This document shows positions 59,621 through 64,000 of a stretch of 64,000 nucleotides of DNA, one piece after another. The notes under the pieces are model-generated. The model was not told the DNA's origin, did not search any database, and worked only from the letters and a program-made list of their open reading frames with translations. Positions within the stretch are counted from its first letter, which is position 1; each line of letters starts with the position of its first letter. Source of the DNA: Psammoneis japonica (lineage: Eukaryota). The DNA lies in contig QPGO01000197.1 of assembly GCA_008632985.1 (NCBI GenBank), positions 62,001 to 126,000 of the forward strand, in the 5' to 3' direction. The position numbers and the translations under genes are program-made.

Positions 59621-62201
59621 TGATGACTGCCAGACAACTGCGGACATTGTTGTCTGCTCATGTGGTGCCATGTGCAACATTGCAACTTTGTCAGAAGTTA
59701 ACTTGCTGTAGAAAGTGACTTTGGTTTTAGTTTCCTCTTGCATTGGTGAGCTTTTGGATGATGAGAACTTGCCTCTCTCTCTGCTGCACCAGGCAATCTT
59801 AAGACCAGGTGCTGTTGCCACACGTGCATCTCTTGAGGAGAGAGAAAGAGATTGTTCTAAGTCAGAGTGATTGTGGCTGATGCGTGCAAAGCTGCCATGT
59901 GTTTGGAAGTTGTGGTGTCTCTCATGAATCAGGCTGGAGGTGTTGGCATCCTTTTGCACTGCCAGGAATCCCACTGCACCAGTCTCATTTTCAAGCAAGA
60001 ATCTTCCACACCAGTGCTCATGTCCCAAGTTTCTCAGATGCGGAAGATTGGAGACCAACAGGAAATGAAGTGGTCTGTGCTTCCCCCTGCATGAGTGTGT
60101 GTGTGTGTGGTGGTGTGTGTGTGGGGGGGGGGGGGGTGCTGTGCGTTGCTGCTTCTGAGGTGCTTTGTGCATTGCAGAAGCAGCACTCATGGCTGCGAGC
60201 ACCTGACAAGCCACGGCAACCTCACTCTTTTCTTTCACCAATGTTGCACTGCATGTTTGACGAGTTGAGAGTGAGTTTTTGCTTGCAGCCCACACCACCC
60301 ACCCATTGTGGCTCTCTGGCAAGAGCTCCAGTTCTGGGTTCCTTGAGTTGCAAGCTCTGGCTTGAGGTCTGGTGCCAGTGGCTTGCACCACAACCAACCA
60401 GAGTGCTCAAAATCAGGATCATCAGCCAACAGTGAAGAGCAGAGTCAGAGAATGACAGAGGTCAATTGACCAGCAATTGCTGAAGAATCAGCTGGTTGGC
60501 CATTGAGCAAGTCAAAATGACAAGGAATTCAAAGACTCAGGTTGCACCTGGCACTGGCAAAGCTGGTGCTGGAAGCAAAACAAGAGCAGTGGTGCTGGGT
60601 GCTTGCTGAGGAAGCAGCACATGCTCCAGCCACACACGAGCTTTTGTTGTGATCTCAGGACAGCCAGCAATGCTGAGCTGGGAGGATTGCCTCAGTGAAT
60701 GGTTGTGATTTCCAAGTGCATGTGCTCATGATTGGTGTGCCACACAAACAGCACCCAGTTGCTTGTGCACTCTGTGGGAGCATCTTTGCTGCAGTTGTGC
60801 CTGCTGTGCAATCTTTGCAAGTTTTTCACATTTTTGATCTTTTCAACTCTGCTGAAATTTTTTGCCAACAGACAGCACACCACCGACCAGGGAGGTTTCC
60901 ACAGAGAGAACGTTTGATGTGCGGCTGCTGCAGCGCACCTTGGATCCTGTTGCATCATGGCATTTGTTGATTCCGCTGCTGGCGCGGCCGTGCTTGCTGG
61001 GGCAAGAGCTGGTGGTGGTGGTGGTGGTGGGGTGGAGGTTGAGAGTTCAAATCTGAGGCTCTGTCAAAAAAGCAATTGTGGCTTGTGAGGCAAAAGAAGA
61101 GCTGCCGCCGAGTGCTTCGCCAGCCTGGAGCCACTGTTGCTCTGTGTTTTGCACTGGTCACTGGCTGCCATCAAATGGCCAATGGAGTTGTGTGGTTCTG
61201 TTGCATTGGGGCCGGGAGACACAGAAATGGATTGCAGTTGAGTCACATGAAGAGCTGCGGGGGCGGTGAAAAAAGACAGAGCTGGAGCATGGGATTCAGA
61301 TGGGATTGAACACAACCAGGCCTGCGGGGAGCATTGACCACTTGTCTTTCTTTGTGGGTGTGGGTGCATGTGTGCCGTTGCATGCTGCATTGCCTGTACG
61401 TGCACAGGGCCCTGCCGTCGGGGCCGGCATTGTGGTGGCTGAGTGGCGTGGCCACCGCACCGGTGACGCGGATGACCGTCACATTTGATGTCTCATGCCA
61501 TTTTTGGGGCTGCAGCGAGGTGCACGGACACTCTTTTTTTTCCAATTTATCGCCACAACAGCACATCGCACAAACTCACTTGTTGTTTGATGTGTTTTCC
61601 CCAGTCTGACTTTTTCATGTAGAATTCACGACAAATTGTCTTTGTGTGCAACTGAACACATTTTTGAACATGCCACGCCGGCAATCCCAATTTTTCAGAA
61701 CTTTTGAGCTCTCCTGAAAAACCGTGCCATGCACCAGTCGCAGGGAATTTGCCGATTTTTTAGGATGTCCCCACAACCTCTCATGTCCTCAATGACAATT
61801 CCAAGAATCCGAAGAATTCATCTGCACTGAACAACCCATGCCCTTTCAAAATCCAAGGGACACACTTTCAAATTCAGACGGACAAACCGACTGCCCCACT
61901 GCCCCACTGCCCCACTGCCGGACCGACACGAAAAAGTCTGCAATCACCAACCACTGAGTGGTCAATGATTTGTTCTTCTGCTCACGCATGTCATGCTTCG
62001 AGCAGTCATGCAATCTGTCCGTCGGTCTGTGCGTGAAGCCAAAAAATGACAAAAGAAAACAAACAATGAAAGAAGGCTCTGCGTGCGTTGCAGGTTGCAG
62101 CAGTGAAGCATCCAGCATTGCTGCGATCGCTGCATGCTGCGTCTCTTCATCCTCCCCACCTTGCCATCATCTTGAGTGCCACTTTTGACAACAAGCCTTC
62201 C

Positions 62202-62984
62202 ATGACTTCCTTTGACCAACTCGACAAGGGTGTTCAGCGTGGGCTGCAAGTCCTTGCAACACAGCATCGGCATGCTGTCGTTCAAGCAGTTCTCAAGAAA
62301 GAAGATGACTTTGGCAGGACAGAAAGTCATGAACTGTACAAAGGCTGTGCGCAAATCATGAAGGAAGAGAATTTGTCCCCTGCTGCATTTCTGGCTCGCT
62401 CTTTTGACATGAAGGTGCTGACGGGTCACGCTGAGTGGCTGGAAGCACCCTGTGACAAAAACAACGACACCGTGACCGACTTGTGCACATGCTTGGAACA
62501 AGCGTGGCTCAACCGAGAATTTCCGAACAAATCAATTCCGATGTGTGACAATGCCAATCATGAGGAAATTGAAGGGAGGAAGAAGAAGCTCGAGCGCGAG
62601 GCCCGTGAGAATTCGTCGTTCGAGAAGAATGATCCAACAGAAATGACCAAGCCACACTGCCGGTTCTTCATCTGCCTTGCACATGAAGAAAAGGACAACA
62701 ACCAACCTCCTGAAAACTTCTATGAAATGGCAGAAGAGGCGGCTCAAGCTTTCTGGGAATTGATGTTTGGAACCTGTGGGCATGCCAATTGCCACTTGGA
62801 TTGCCCCGGTTGGCTTGCAAACAAATTCTTCATCTCTGCTGAAGTTGAACTTGAAAACATGGAAACCACTGGTGTTCCGGAAACTGCAGAACTGATTGAT
62901 CAAGAAATCTCAATGAAAGGGGTGTTCAGATTGGATGCGGGTGATGTTGGAAAGAGTTACGTTGAAATCACTCGTGTGGAATGA
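62202..62984 (+). pseudogene. Protein-like open frame inside a TpA-depleted block (hypothetical protein or mutated relic)
   Basis: 260 codons with natural composition (E/K-rich coiled stretch), few Tyr. Confidence 0.45.
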
Positions 62985-63195
62985 ACGCCTGGTGTGGCAC
63001 ATGGCTCTTGCATTGAGGTTCACAGTGCCACTTGATTGCCAGGGGACAGCTCGGGGAACACATTCCACATCTTGTGAATGGTCGTGCGGTGGCAGAGACA
63101 CGTTCACATCACCGTGACAAATGTTGCTTTGCATTCTAATGACCAACGACAAAGGCTGCAACACAACTCAAACCATTGTGCAGAACTGCAGCCAT

Positions 63196-63642
63196 TGCAG
63201 TGTGCATGCAGACAAAAGGTTGTTTTTGTCATGCCCTTTGTGACATTTAAAGGCTGCAACACGTCGCTGTGATGCATTGGCTCTTGTTGGCAGCTGTGTG
63301 TTGCACTCCTCCCCATGTGTCACGCGTCCATGCGGCTCTTTACTGACATGTGCTGACACTGCACGGTTTTGGCAGAACAGTGTGGGTGCGTGCGAAGGAA
63401 CATGCAGAACTGCACAGAGTTTTTACGCGTTCGACAGTGATCAACGTTGCTGCAGACAACTCCCACTCAGGGTTTCGAACCCCTGGCCTCCTGCCTGATG
63501 GTTGCGATGAACTGCTGCATTGTGAACTCACAATGCAGTGTGCATGCAGACAAAGGTCATTTTTGTCATGCCCTTTGTGACATTTAAAGGCTGTAACACG
63601 TCGCCGTGACACATTAGCTCTTGTCAGCAGCTGCACACTGCA
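63196..63642 (-). mobile_element. TRIM-like miniature LTR element, copy 2
   Basis: Same structure as 25116-25567; ends TGCAGTGT..ACACTGCA; flanks CCAT/CTGT. Confidence 0.8.
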
Positions 63643-64000
63643 CTGTCCCATTGTTGCCGTTGCATCTCTCTAGACTGCAAATTTCAGTTTGTCGTGTTCG
63701 CAAGCAGCTGCAGTGTTGCACTCATCTTGCAAACTTTCCTTCCTTCTGATTGTTCCGTCCTTCTCTTGCTTGAGATGGTCCCTGCCACGCATGCCGGCAG
63801 AAGTCAGTCACCCGATCTGGGGGGGAAGCATTTTGGTTTTAGGCGGGCGGGCTCATCGCGCCCTTGCCCAGTCATGATGTCACGATCACGATCACGTCCA
63901 TCCATCTGTCTCATCAACGCAGACGGGAAATTGACCGTGCTTCCACCAAATGGCAAACTGCCAACTGCTGCTCTAGATCAGAGAGGGTCATCACCAGAGT

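Overview
Eukaryotic genomic DNA, most likely from a pennate diatom. This is inferred from short GT-AG introns, an SF-type bipartite plastid presequence, RXL/Lys-rich secreted proteins and diatom-style gag/Gypsy elements. Ordinary gene-rich stretches (1-18.3 kb, 27.8-30.4 kb, 39.6-48.6 kb, 54.5-57.4 kb) alternate with four sharply bounded blocks (~18.5-27.7, ~30.5-39.55, ~49.85-54.35, ~57.4-64 kb) that have almost no TpA dinucleotides. These blocks consist of transposon relics and duplicated genes. Four internal pairs of homologues show directional TA->TG/CA change (A->G on either strand): a Gypsy 5'/3' LTR pair, two copies of a 390-bp MITE, a RING-finger gene with its dead copy, and an SGNH/CE2-like esterase gene with its dead copy. 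CG->TG/CA changes are added in older copies. The result is Tyr->Cys/His substitution, loss of start codons and erasure of TAA/TAG stops. This looks like a repeat/heterochromatin-targeted A-to-G hypermutation process, a 'reverse RIP', and is the main finding. The window also holds a gag-only LTR element, a two-copy TRIM with an internal tRNA-like Pol III A/B-box, and several MITEs. Several host genes have single-base frameshifts that look like consensus errors.
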